Source: an uncultured Fretibacterium sp. (GTDB taxonomy: Bacteria; Synergistota; Synergistia; Synergistales; Aminobacteriaceae). Taken from it: a stretch of DNA of 64,000 bases. A model generated the notes under the pieces. The model had not been told where the DNA came from and made no database searches. It saw nothing but the letters and a program-made list of their open reading frames with translations. The translations under genes and the position numbers were made by a program. The first letter of the stretch is position 1, and every line of letters begins with the position of its first letter. This document shows positions 1 through 10,810 of the stretch, in pieces. The stretch covers positions 2,777 through 66,776 of the forward strand of contig CAMHMH010000010.1 in the NCBI GenBank assembly GCA_946186205.1. The letters are read 5' to 3'.

Positions 1-2
1 AA

Positions 3-1658
3 TTGCTGAGTCTCTTTCTTGTTGCGCTGATGTTTTTCAGTTTCATCGGCAACAGTTCAGCAAACGAGGCTGACAAAAAACTGAATGAGCTTAAAGCAGA
101 AGTGAGAGCCAGATACGGCGAGAACAAACCCATCACAGACGGAAATTATGATAAGTCGCTTGCAGTCAAGTGTATCAACGGTACATTTGTCGGCACGAAG
201 ACAGGCAACGTAATAGCATACAAGGGCATTCCGTTTGTCGGTGAACAGCCTACAGGCAAAAACAGGTTTAAGAAGCCTGTCCCGTTCGGAAAGAATGATG
301 GCATATACGAGGCATATCATTTCGCCAAGGGCAGCCTTCAGCCTGAAACATACGATGATGCGGGGGCTTTTGCTGTACTCGGCGAGGATTGCCTGTATCT
401 TAATGTGTGGAAGAATGCAGCAGATGTTTCAGAGAACAAGCCGGTTATGGTCTGGATACATGGCGGCGGTTTCACGCAGGGCAGCACGATCAATCCATTA
501 TATGACGGCTTCAATTTCGTGAAAGATAACGGCGATGTCATTCTTGTAACGATAGCTTACCGTCTTGGAGGATTGGGATTTATTCACTTGTCCCATTTGC
601 CAGACGGGAAGGATTATCCTGACGCGCAGAATCTTGGCATTATGGATCAGGTGATGGCACTTAAGTGGGTTCATGAAAACATTGCGGGCTTTGGCGGAGA
701 TCCCAATAACGTAACAATATTCGGAGAATCTGCGGGCGGTGCAAGTGTCTCGCTGCTTCCGCTCATACCTGAGGCAAGAGGCTGCTTCCACCGCGTTATT
801 GCTCAAAGCGGGTCGCCTGCGTTCACACACTCTACAGAGGAGGCTATAGCAGTAACCAATGAGCTGCTTGAGGCTCTGAACTGCAAAACCGTAGCCGATC
901 TTCTCGCACTTCCGCCAGAGAAAATTGCCGATGTAGCCGGGGATTTGCTGTCGCTTCGGGACTGGCCTGAAAGGGACGGCAAGCTCATACCTATAGATCC
1001 CTATGACGCATATCTCAAAGGAGAAGCCAAAGATATTGATCTTCTTGAGGGCTGCACAAAGGACGAAATGGGACAGTTTGCGTACTTTATGGGCAAAGAA
1101 GATTTCACTGAATACTACAACTCCCGCTACGAGAAGAGATTCAAGACAATGACTCCTGAAGATGTAGCAAAAGCGAAGGCGTTTATGGACAATACATTAG
1201 GGAATAAGTTCCGCAAAGTCTTCAAGTTCGGAAATCAGGTGCTTTTCATTGCTCATGCGTTCCGTATGTCTGAGAACCATACCGCTGCAGGAGGCAGGAC
1301 GTATCATTACTATTTCAGGGTTGAGACTCCCAGAACGTATTTCCTTTCCGGCCATGCCGCAGAACTCTCTGTTGTGTTCAATAATCCTCAGGACACATTC
1401 TTTTCGGGAAGGGCTTATGATGACACTTTCAATCACACAATGCAGCGTATGTGGGTGAATTTCGCCAAGAAAGGCGATCCTTCACTGACAGCGGAAGAAT
1501 CCCCCACGGGGAAAGCAATACAGTGGGATATGTATAACTCCGAGACAAAACCGATTATGGTGTTTGATGAGTTCAATATACATCAGGGCATTGAAGGCGA
1601 TTACGGCATTGTTGACTGGGAGAGAACATACCCGCTGACAAAGTATTTCATATTCTAA
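3..1658 (+). CDS. Carboxylesterase/lipase type B family, secreted (5' end at the window edge, possibly partial)
   Basis: 551-aa ORF open from the window edge. Hydrophobic signal-like N-terminus. WIHGGGF oxyanion-hole motif and GESAGG nucleophile elbow. Alignable end to end with the next ORF. Confidence 0.85.
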   Translation: MLSLFLVALMFFSFIGNSSANEADKKLNELKAEVRARYGENKPITDGNYDKSLAVKCINGTFVGTKTGNVIAYKGIPFVGEQPTGKNRFKKPVPFGKNDGIYEAYHFAKGSLQPETYDDAGAFAVLGEDCLYLNVWKNAADVSENKPVMVWIHGGGFTQGSTINPLYDGFNFVKDNGDVILVTIAYRLGGLGFIHLSHLPDGKDYPDAQNLGIMDQVMALKWVHENIAGFGGDPNNVTIFGESAGGASVSLLPLIPEARGCFHRVIAQSGSPAFTHSTEEAIAVTNELLEALNCKTVADLLALPPEKIADVAGDLLSLRDWPERDGKLIPIDPYDAYLKGEAKDIDLLEGCTKDEMGQFAYFMGKEDFTEYYNSRYEKRFKTMTPEDVAKAKAFMDNTLGNKFRKVFKFGNQVLFIAHAFRMSENHTAAGGRTYHYYFRVETPRTYFLSGHAAELSVVFNNPQDTFFSGRAYDDTFNHTMQRMWVNFAKKGDPSLTAEESPTGKAIQWDMYNSETKPIMVFDEFNIHQGIEGDYGIVDWERTYPLTKYFIF

Positions 1659-1677
1659 GAACGGAGGAAAAATAATT

Positions 1678-3348
1678 ATGAAGAAAGTCATTAGTATCTC
1701 ATTGGCCGCGCTGATGGTGTTCAGTCTCGTAACTTACGGCAGCACTTCAGCAAAGGCAGAGGAAACACTGAGCGAACTGAAAGCAAGCATAATGTCTCAG
1801 TACGGTGAGAACAAGCAGATCACAGACGGGAATTATGACAAGTCGCTTGCGGTTAAGTGCGTCAATGGTACGTTCGTCGGCAAGAAGGATAACGGAGTCA
1901 TAGCGTATAAGGGGATTCCGTTTGTGGGCAAGCAGCCTGTAGGTGAATACCGCTGGAAAGCTCCTGTTGATTTCGTTCCTGATGATGGAGTCTACGAGGC
2001 GTATTACAACGGGAAAAGCCCCTATCAGATGGAGGCAATCTCAGAAGGCGGTTCTCTTTATGTCCAGGGAGAAGACTGCCTTTATCTGAACGTCTGGAAA
2101 GCGGATGAAGCCTCTGCAGAGAAGAAGCCCGTCATGGTGTGGATACACGGCGGCGGTTATGAATTGGGCGGGACTGTCGATCCAACGTACGATTGCGGCA
2201 ACTTAGTCAGGGAAAACCCCGACATTATAGCCGTTTCCATTGCGTACAGAGTCGGCATATTCGGCTTCTTCCATCTGTCCCACCTTCCTGACGGAAAGGA
2301 TTATCCTGACGCTCAGAACTTGGCAATCATGGATCATATGATGGCGTTAAAGTGGATTCATGAGAATATTGCGGCATTCGGCGGAGATCCTGATAACGTT
2401 ACACTCTTCGGAGAGTCAGCAGGCGGTGAAAGTGTAACAGTGCTTCCGCTGATTGAAGGCTCACACAAGTATTTCAAGCGTGTAATCGCTCAGAGCGGCT
2501 CACCAGTCCTCTCAAGATCAATTGAACAATGCATCGAAACAACAAATGAAGTGATGAAGATTCTCGGCTGCAAAACCGTCGCAGATCTTCAGAAAGTTGA
2601 CGCTAAGAAGATGGTCAAAGCAATGGCCTCGCTCGGAGGAATGTGCGTAGGGCCTGAAAGAGACGGAAAATACTTGACGCTTACACCTTATGAGGATTAC
2701 GCAAAGGGAGCGGCTAAGGATATAGAAATTCTTCAGGGCGTAAACAAGGACGAGCTGAACTACTTCATGGTAGAAGCCGGAGGAGTAGAGCCTTTCACCA
2801 AATGGATAAACAATCGCATAGCAAAGAATTTCACCGTGCTGACGGATGAGGAAAAAGCACTTGTAGAGAGTTTCTGCAATGACATCAAGGGAGAGAGCTA
2901 TGATCCAATCTGCCGACTTTTCGACCAAATCTGGTTTATCGCGCCTATGTTCAGACTGTCAGAGAATCAGGCTCAGGCCGGCGGAAAATCGTACAGTTAT
3001 TACTTCACGGTTGAATCCTCCGTGCCATTGATGAAGAGCGGACATGCTGTAGAACTTTCGACAATCTTCAATCACCCGGAAGATACCCAGTTCACCGGAA
3101 GAGCATTCGATGAGACATTCTCAAAGGTCATGCGCAAGATGTGGGTTCAGTTTGCGAAAACCGGAAATCCCTCACTCAGTGCAGACATCTCACCCGACGG
3201 CAAAGCGTACGAATGGCCGCTGTATGACCTGAAGGACAAGAGCATTATGGTCTTCGATGAGTTCAACATTCACCCGGAAAAAGAATCACAGAGAAAAATT
3301 CTTGACTGGGACAGATGCTATTTCCTGACAAAGTATTTCTGCCTGTAA
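1678..3348 (+). CDS. Carboxylesterase/lipase type B family, secreted (paralog of the previous ORF)
   Basis: 556-aa ORF. GGAGGA Shine-Dalgarno upstream. Signal peptide MKKVISISLAALMVFSL. WIHGGGY and GESAGG motifs. Confidence 0.88.
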   Translation: MKKVISISLAALMVFSLVTYGSTSAKAEETLSELKASIMSQYGENKQITDGNYDKSLAVKCVNGTFVGKKDNGVIAYKGIPFVGKQPVGEYRWKAPVDFVPDDGVYEAYYNGKSPYQMEAISEGGSLYVQGEDCLYLNVWKADEASAEKKPVMVWIHGGGYELGGTVDPTYDCGNLVRENPDIIAVSIAYRVGIFGFFHLSHLPDGKDYPDAQNLAIMDHMMALKWIHENIAAFGGDPDNVTLFGESAGGESVTVLPLIEGSHKYFKRVIAQSGSPVLSRSIEQCIETTNEVMKILGCKTVADLQKVDAKKMVKAMASLGGMCVGPERDGKYLTLTPYEDYAKGAAKDIEILQGVNKDELNYFMVEAGGVEPFTKWINNRIAKNFTVLTDEEKALVESFCNDIKGESYDPICRLFDQIWFIAPMFRLSENQAQAGGKSYSYYFTVESSVPLMKSGHAVELSTIFNHPEDTQFTGRAFDETFSKVMRKMWVQFAKTGNPSLSADISPDGKAYEWPLYDLKDKSIMVFDEFNIHPEKESQRKILDWDRCYFLTKYFCL

Positions 3349-3364
3349 CAGTGTCAGCCGTGTA

Positions 3365-4588
3365 ATGTCAAAAAATTTCACTATGAAAGGAACTACAGTT
3401 AGTACGATGCAGCACAAATCAAAATCACAATCCCGCGCACGTGTCGTTATGGGCGCATTGCTTCTCGTTCTCGCGCTGTCCGTTACGGCGTGCGCAGCTC
3501 CCTTCACAGCTCCGAAAAAACTGGCCGATTACCTCTACTACATGGAATACACCGACTATGTGCCAGACCTCACGACGGGCGAAAATGTCAAAATGGGCTT
3601 CGCTTGCTCGGCAGTCCGCAACGGAAATTTTTACGGCCGCAATTTGGATCTTGATTATGCAGATGTCCCTGAGTTTGTCATCAAGGTTGCAGCAAAAGAA
3701 GGTCGTTACGCAAGCATAGGAATGGCCGCAATCCTCACGCTGAAATCGAATCAGGTCGACAAAGTTTCGGAAGCTGATTTGCTCGCACTGCCAAACATGA
3801 CTTTTGACGGCATTAATGAAAACGGCGTGGCCATGAACAGCAACGTTGCTCCTGCTGTTGATCTGGACTTCGCGACTCTTCTCTCAACCAATTACGGCAA
3901 ACCCCGCATTCATTCTATGGCAGTAGTACGCTACGTTCTCGATCACGCAAAATCCGCCGCGCATGGTGTGGAGCTGCTGAAGAATATGGACATTTACGGC
4001 GGCTATGGCACATGGTGGGGGCTTCACTGGATGCTTTCTGACGAGAAGGAGACTTACATCATCGAGTGCATTGACGGCGAACTTGTCGCGAGAAACGACA
4101 CGGACAACATCATGACGAATTTCTACGTCAACTACGCGCCGAAAACTCTTTACGCAAAGCATATCGCACAGACAGGTCAGAAAGTCGCGGGAAAAATCTA
4201 TGAGGGCTTCCCGATTCTTACGCCTCATGCCTGCGGAGTCGAACGTTACGCCATCCTGAAGGCACATTACGAGGAAGGCGGGAAATCTGCTGATGGAATG
4301 GCTCACTTAATGGAGCGCGTGAAATATACCCAGTCTTATGAAGCTGATACAAATCCTTTCTGGTACACAGAGTATACTGAAGGAAATCTGACAATCGCAC
4401 ACTCTCCGATGGATTTCAAGGCAGATATTCAGTCAAGCATTGAGACATACAAGCTGCACGACAGGAACATTAACCCCAATAACTTCTGGCAGACATGGCA
4501 CACATCGGTTTATGACCTCGCGAACAAGACACTGCGCCTCAACATTCAAGAGGATTACTCAAAGCATTACGACTTCAAATTAGACTAA
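3365..4588 (+). CDS. Choloylglycine hydrolase / linear amide C-N hydrolase (Ntn hydrolase) family protein, secreted
   Basis: 407-aa ORF with an N-terminal hydrophobic segment. GFACSAVRNGNFYGRNLDLDY resembles the Cys-nucleophile and GRNxD signature of bile-salt hydrolase/penicillin V acylase relatives. The exact start is uncertain (alternative ATGs at 3383 and 3407). Confidence 0.65.
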   Translation: MSKNFTMKGTTVSTMQHKSKSQSRARVVMGALLLVLALSVTACAAPFTAPKKLADYLYYMEYTDYVPDLTTGENVKMGFACSAVRNGNFYGRNLDLDYADVPEFVIKVAAKEGRYASIGMAAILTLKSNQVDKVSEADLLALPNMTFDGINENGVAMNSNVAPAVDLDFATLLSTNYGKPRIHSMAVVRYVLDHAKSAAHGVELLKNMDIYGGYGTWWGLHWMLSDEKETYIIECIDGELVARNDTDNIMTNFYVNYAPKTLYAKHIAQTGQKVAGKIYEGFPILTPHACGVERYAILKAHYEEGGKSADGMAHLMERVKYTQSYEADTNPFWYTEYTEGNLTIAHSPMDFKADIQSSIETYKLHDRNINPNNFWQTWHTSVYDLANKTLRLNIQEDYSKHYDFKLD

Positions 4589-4603
4589 CGAAATACATTC
4601 AAT

Positions 4604-4634
4604 GCCTCCTCAAAGACTGAGGGGGTATTTTTTT
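4604..4634 (+). terminator. Rho-independent terminator
   Basis: Hairpin CCTCCTCA-aagac-TGAGGGGG followed by a T8 run just after the stop at 4588. Confidence 0.6.
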
Positions 4635-4697
4635 TGCATTTAATAAGCTCATAACCTATAATCAGCATCAATCTTTTCACAGAAAGGAAGCAAGAAA

Positions 4698-5711
4698 TTG
4701 AACAAGAAAGTTTTTGCATTGGCAGTGATTGCTGTCATGGCCTCAACGTTTGCGGCTTATGCGGAGAATGCTCCCGATTATTCAAAGAAGGAAAGCTGGT
4801 ACAAGCTCCCCGAAATCACAAAGGACGCTGATACGTTCTACATCAACTCAACGTCGTATGTATTCGACAGCCTGAAAGAAGATTCACCCGAATATGCTCC
4901 GCTCGACAATGAAGAAATGTTAGCGCGGTATCCGGAAGAATATTTAGTTCACGCAACTGTGTTCGAGGAATGCACAAATATATTCATGCCGTATTACCGT
5001 CAGGCGGGAATGAGAGTCATGAAAAAATCCTGGCTTGAGACTGGCGATATTGACGCGGCAATTTCAGGAATACCCTACAGCGACATAACAGCCGCGCTTG
5101 ATTACTACTTCACGAACTGCAACAACGGAAGGCCGTTCATCATCGCAGGACACAGCCAAGGGTCAGCACTCGTAAGACTCGTACTCAAAAAATATTTTGC
5201 TGAACATCCCGATTACTACAAACGAATGATCGCCGCTTACGTAATAGGATACTCAGTAACAAAAGATGACCTGAAAAAATTCCCGCATTTGAAGTTTGCG
5301 ACAGGTGAGACTGACACGGGAGTTATCATCAGCTGGAACACAGAAGGCTCAATGAACGTAAAACAAAACGCCTCGAATATTGTAGTACTTCCGGGGGCAA
5401 TCAGCATTAACCCGCTGAACTGGAAGCTCGATGAGACTTACGCACCCGCAAGCGAAAATTTAGGCTCGCTCATTGTGAACGAAAAGGGAGAACACGTAAT
5501 CGCTGACGTAGGAGCAGACGCGCAAATAGTTCTTGCACGCGGTGTTGTGGTAACGAACGCAAAAGCCGACCCAATGCCGGAAGAAGCCGCAAGAATCACA
5601 CTGGAATATTTCGGGCCGGACGTAAGACACGATAACGATTACACGTACTACTACAGCAACATCAAAGCTAACGTAGCAAAACGAATCGCAGCTTACAAGG
5701 CCGGCAAGTAG
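4698..5711 (+). CDS. Alpha/beta-hydrolase, DUF3089-like lipase/esterase, secreted
   Basis: 337-aa ORF with a TTG start 7 nt after GAAAGGAAG. Signal peptide. GHSQGS nucleophile elbow. The DUF3089 assignment is from memory of that family's layout. Confidence 0.55.
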   Translation: MNKKVFALAVIAVMASTFAAYAENAPDYSKKESWYKLPEITKDADTFYINSTSYVFDSLKEDSPEYAPLDNEEMLARYPEEYLVHATVFEECTNIFMPYYRQAGMRVMKKSWLETGDIDAAISGIPYSDITAALDYYFTNCNNGRPFIIAGHSQGSALVRLVLKKYFAEHPDYYKRMIAAYVIGYSVTKDDLKKFPHLKFATGETDTGVIISWNTEGSMNVKQNASNIVVLPGAISINPLNWKLDETYAPASENLGSLIVNEKGEHVIADVGADAQIVLARGVVVTNAKADPMPEEAARITLEYFGPDVRHDNDYTYYYSNIKANVAKRIAAYKAGK

Positions 5712-5738
5712 CAGAAGGAAATCAATCATCACATTAAA

Positions 5739-5777
5739 GCCGTCGCATTCCGTGTGAGTGTGGCGGCATTGTTTTTT
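5739..5777 (+). terminator. Probable Rho-independent terminator
   Basis: GCCGTC...GGCGGC stem (one G-U pair) followed by TTGTTTTTTT. Confidence 0.45.
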
Positions 5778-5913
5778 TGCGGCAATCGAAATCGCAGACT
5801 CTAATTCACAGCCACGAAAATTTTTTATTTCATACTGTATAATTTTTTCTGCAAAGTAAGGTGCGGAGTCGTTGTGCCTGAAAAAAATTTTTTGTATCGG
5901 AGGTATTAATCTC

Positions 5914-8900
5914 ATGCACAAAATTAACGTGAGACTTTCATTGTTGATTTTTGTATTGTCGGTTGTCCTTCAGTGCTCGGGGATTGCACAAGCAGCGCAG
6001 ACATTGAGCAGACAAAAAATCGAAAGACATTGATGACATTGTCAAATCAGTGAACGGAGAACTCGCAATCTCTAAGAAGGGTCTAATCACCATAAGAGGC
6101 GGGAACTACACAACCAGCGGCGGCTTCGATGATAGGGTAGACCGAGGCCAAGCAACAGGCACATATTATGATGTATTCGCCACAGTGTTCAGCAGGGACG
6201 CTACACCCTCTAAAGCCTGCAAGATTTCTTCATATCCAAGATCCGGTTCGTTCGTTAATGATCTTAATAATGGTTTCTTCGATGCGCCTAATTATTTTGC
6301 CCCTGCTGTATCGCGCAGACTGTACAACGGCAAAAGAGCGTTCATGTTCCATAACATAGCTAATAACGGCGAACTCAAGTATTACTTCAAGACACTTTCC
6401 AACACCATAACTTCACATGACAACCGCCAGACACCTGATGAGCGCATGAATTACGTACAGGTTTCGGATTTCGGGGAATATACACCGAAGGCGATCCCAA
6501 GCAGTTATGACATAAAATTTGCCATGCAGGTATATGGAACGGGTGTTATGGAAGTAAAGGGCTATGAGAACGAAATTTTTGTTGTTGCAGTCGGAGGTAA
6601 CCCCACGTGTGGCAGACAAGACAATACGCCTTGAATTTTTCGCTGTCAGTGCTGACAATGCAGGCAATATGACTTTTGTGCCTTTAACGGCATTGACGCA
6701 CGAAACTCCTTTCAGAGATACAGAAGGAGGTGCGAGAATAGTATCATTGGCTGTCGGAGATTTTGACGGCGACAAATACAACAACGAAGTAGCTCTGACG
6801 ATTACCACGGGACAAGAGCTTCGTCTTTTCGTTTACAGGTTGATTGTCTCGGACGGAAGTTTGGCACTGAGGTCTCTGGGTGATCCAAAAGGGATTCTCG
6901 TTCACTCAACAAAGCAGTGGGGCTATGAGCTTGAGAGTCAGCCTGTATCAGATACGGTAGCAGGAGATTTTGACGGAGACGGCACGAGCGAAATTGCTGT
7001 ACTTTTCAAGGACGTATGGAGAGCAGAAAAACTCAAACACCACAAAGGCTGGCCGTAGGGACCCTACTTAGGCAACATACACTGCAAGGTTCAGTTCATA
7101 AGTGGAACGCTGAGACAGGCACTTTCGACACGGCAGAGACCATTAAGGATTACCACGGTGAGAAAGACGACAAAACAACAGCCACAGGAGTTGTAGGACT
7201 GAGGGCAGTTACTGCTGACCTAAACGGAGACGGCATGGACGAAATCGCTACTGTTCTGGTCGGATATTCCCATCGTAAGGATTGGAATGGTGTGGGTATG
7301 AGAGATACTGAGTTTTGTGTTTACCCTCATCTTGCGGTCTGGAAATTTGATAAGGGAATAACGCCAATTCATGATGACGCTCACGTGAAGGGTGGAGTCA
7401 ACACATTTTACAAATACGATTTCGGGCCTCTGTACGACCTCATCAAGGGTCAAAAACCACTTCTCGAAAGGGATCCTATCTTGCGTTTTTGGTCCCACAG
7501 AGACAGTTGGCCGGATGATGGTATTGAGAGAAGAGCCGGTATACCCCCAGAGCTCATACAATATATGTTTGGTCTGCAGTATTTATCAATAGCGGCAGGA
7601 CCTTTCACCGGAACACTCGGCACGTTTAAGACGGTCGATGATATTGCAATAGCGTGGAAATCCGGACAAACCGCTTCGTACCAGAAAGAGAAAGAAGTTT
7701 GGTTTGACACAACAGGTGCTGACTGCGTAACAATCTTCAAGACGAAACTTAAAAGCGACAAGGACGGCAATAAAAGTTTTGACGGTTTCGAGGACGGAAA
7801 ACTTGCACTGCAGGACAAATCTACGGCTAACGACAAGTACATTAGAGCATTCCATGCGGGGACTAGCACATTGCGCGGACTTGTAGCCGTTGACCTTGCC
7901 AGCGAGGGAGTCGAACTCGGCAGACCTGTACACATTCGGAGGGACGCAAACAGAAGTTATATCGCGGCTATCAGCGCAATTCCCTATCACGTTGATACGA
8001 TCAGCATGGACGGAACAGCACTTACTGAACAGCCCATAAACTTCACCTACAGCGATGCTTCTAACGGCGGCAATATGACTGTTACATACGGAGAAACAAC
8101 GACTGATTCTAAATCAAACTCAGTGCAGCAGGATTTGAGCCAGTCAATTGAAACGATGTTTTTGGCCGACCCTCAGGCAAAAGGCGGATCAGCGTTTGAA
8201 AAAGTGAAGGGGCTTATAGGATTTTCGTCTGGAATCGCCGGTTTCATACAAGGTGCGAAAATCGAAAGTATGACTACGGAGCAAAAGCGAGAACTTGTCT
8301 GGCGGCCGGATGCCAGCACCCCCCTGGACTTGCTCGACGGCCTTATGGGGTTCATTTCGGACAGAGTTGACAAGATTAACCAGCTCACTAACGATAACGC
8401 AACAACGACAATGATTGACAAGAACATAATGACAACGACACACGATGCAATTTTTTACACTTCTGCAAAAAGGCATATATGGCGTTATCCCGTTATGACG
8501 AGACCGCTTCCGATGTGGCTTGCTGCCGGCCAAAGAATTGACTCTACGCAAATTCAATACCCTGACACCGTGAGCGGAGACAAGCAGCTTTTCATAACGT
8601 TCACAATGAGCGAAAACTCATCGCTTAACGTGACAACGTCGACAAGTGATTCTGAGTATCAGCCGCTTCATGAGGAGGGCAACTTCTTCTCATATCCGTC
8701 TCGCATTGCAGATGTCGAAGGCTATAATGAGGCGGGAGTTCTTGGAAAGGAGAACAATTGGGACTTCAGCAACGTTTACTACAATACATCAATTACTTTT
8801 GAGAAAGCGTCGGGTGATATGCAGCACACCGAAACGAAAGTTACTCCGAGCGGGTTTACTCAATTTATATCTTTCTTTGAGAGACTCTTCAAAGGGGATA

Positions 8901-10681
8901 ATACAAAGAGTGTCATCAATATGCCCAATACGGACAACCCCAAGACTTTCACGAAGAAATACAGCAAGACCGAAAAAATCAACTACACCTTACAAGGCAG
9001 CCCAGCCCTTACAGGTAATATGGCAGCGGATCATAAAGTCAAAATGCTGCCGTTTGTAGCCAAAGAGGGAGCTATGACGTTTGCAACTGCTGTAGAACTC
9101 GGCACAAAGAATTATGCTATGTTATGGGACATAAGCAGCCTGTATCAGCAGAAGCCAGACCCGTCTTTGTACCTTCCGCGTAAGTTCGTCAAGAAGAGCG
9201 TTTTCGAGGCTAACCGCCAAGACAAGACAGCAATGATGATCAGGGGAATAAGATTCTATGCGTCAGATTTTGCATTCTTCACGGATAACAGACTCGTGAA
9301 CGGACAGAATTATGAAATCCGTGTGCCTCTGTACAACGCGAGCTTCAAGGATACCGGGGATTTCGTAGTCCGTCTCTCATGGATAGACAGTAATGATGAT
9401 TTTCCTGCTGTAGCCAACAATAAAGTTACCAAGCATTCTATCGGAGAAATAACCATGAGTCTCGGCGGCTGGAAAAACGGCTCGAATAACAACAAGGGCT
9501 GGGCGGTCTTCAACTGGACACCGAATATCACATCGAGTTCTGCGCCTATATGGGGTCCAAATCAGAACAAAGAATATTATCTCTATGTTGAGATTGACCC
9601 AAAGAACAATCTGCATGAAGTCCACGAGGCGCGTTACTTATCCGGCGACGTAAGGATTAACGATTACGGCGGAAATAACACGGGCTTTTATCCGTTTTAC
9701 GCCTACAATACGAGCGATTCCAGAGTGTCAGTCAGCGAAAATGTCATGTCAAGCGCTGTCGCCCTCACTCCTTTGTACTTCACTGACAGCGACGGCAACA
9801 GGATAAACGATATGGCCTCATTCATTCTCGCGCACAAAGACGAATCGTTTGTACCTGTAACGGCGAACTTCAATTACAGCGGCTCAGAATATCCCTATGC
9901 TTTCTTCGGAGGCTATATATTAACGCAGTCAGGAAAGCAGAAAGTTCCGGGCGCGGGCATTAATACAATAGTTGACCTCGATTCACTCGGCTATGAGGAT
10001 ATAGACGAAGTGTTTATGGTGCAGGATATCGTGCTGTTCAACGGACTCAATCAGGTTACATTCACCATTTCGCCGACACTGTTATTAAACGATGTCTCGA
10101 ATGAGCTGATGGCTAAGGCAGGTTTAATCACGTTCGGAATACAGAAATATGGTGAAATTGAAATACTTTCCTCAGACGAAGAGTTTTACGAGGGCGAAGA
10201 TCCGTATTTTGAGCTTGATCCAATTCCTGACAATATCGTTTCATCACCGACTGCAGAATCTCACACTTTCACGGCAAACGAAAATGTTTCCTGGATAATT
10301 TCGAGCGTAAAGTTTCAGGGCAATATTGCAGCTTCTGATTCTGATGACAGAGATTATCTTGACATAACCATTGAGACCGTCAGCGGGGACGAACTTATAA
10401 CGGACAACTACGGCCAAGAGGCTGTTATAACTGTCAGCTCAATCGCAGGCCTGACACCCAAAGGCGAATACACGATAACCGTTCAGAGATTCACAGACGA
10501 GGACGACGAATTGAAAGACGCGGGAGTCGTGAACTTCACCGCGAAGAATGCCGCAGAAGACGGCGGAAGCGAAAGCGTAAAGATACTTTCATCATCAGGC
10601 GGAGGCTGCGACACCGGGCTTGCCTAGGCAACATTTGCGTTATTGCTCGGCGGTATAATGGCCTTCAGGAAGAAACGCTAA
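5914..10681 (+). pseudogene. Disrupted giant secreted FG-GAP/VCBS-like repeat surface protein with a C-terminal sorting-signal-like tail
   Basis: Signal-peptide ORF at 5914-6033 (MHKINVRLSLLIFVLSVVLQCSGIAQA). Coding continues in three other frame segments: open from 6008 to 6634, then 6564-7058, then 7016-10627. Repeats GDFDGDKYNNEVA, AGDFDGDGTSEIAV and ADLNGDGMDEIA look like FG-GAP. An in-frame TAG at 10625-10627 is followed by ATFALLLGGIMAFRKKR and then TAA at 10679-10681. Confidence 0.75.
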
Positions 10682-10810
10682 ACGATAATGATAAAGCCTC
10701 CTCTTTGCGGGGAGGTTTTATTTTGTGAATTTCTTGCGCGCTATGATAAACTAAATCACATCGCAAATAATTTTTTAGCAGTTTACAGCAAGAAAGAGGA
10801 ATTTTTTGTC

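Noticed and set aside
5914-10681. The frameshifts in the giant surface-protein gene could be generic long-read homopolymer errors.
   Set aside because: This is not fully excluded. Other ORFs of 850-1070 codons containing many homopolymers are intact, which argues against a high general error rate. I therefore kept it as a pseudogene/phase-variation candidate pending read-level checks.
10688-10810. A 41-codon N-terminal extension of the RND pump ORF.
   Set aside because: The extension (MIKPPLCGEVLFCEFLARYDKL...) is not RND-like and spans the promoter region. The ATG at 10811 has a Shine-Dalgarno and gives the canonical RND N-terminus.
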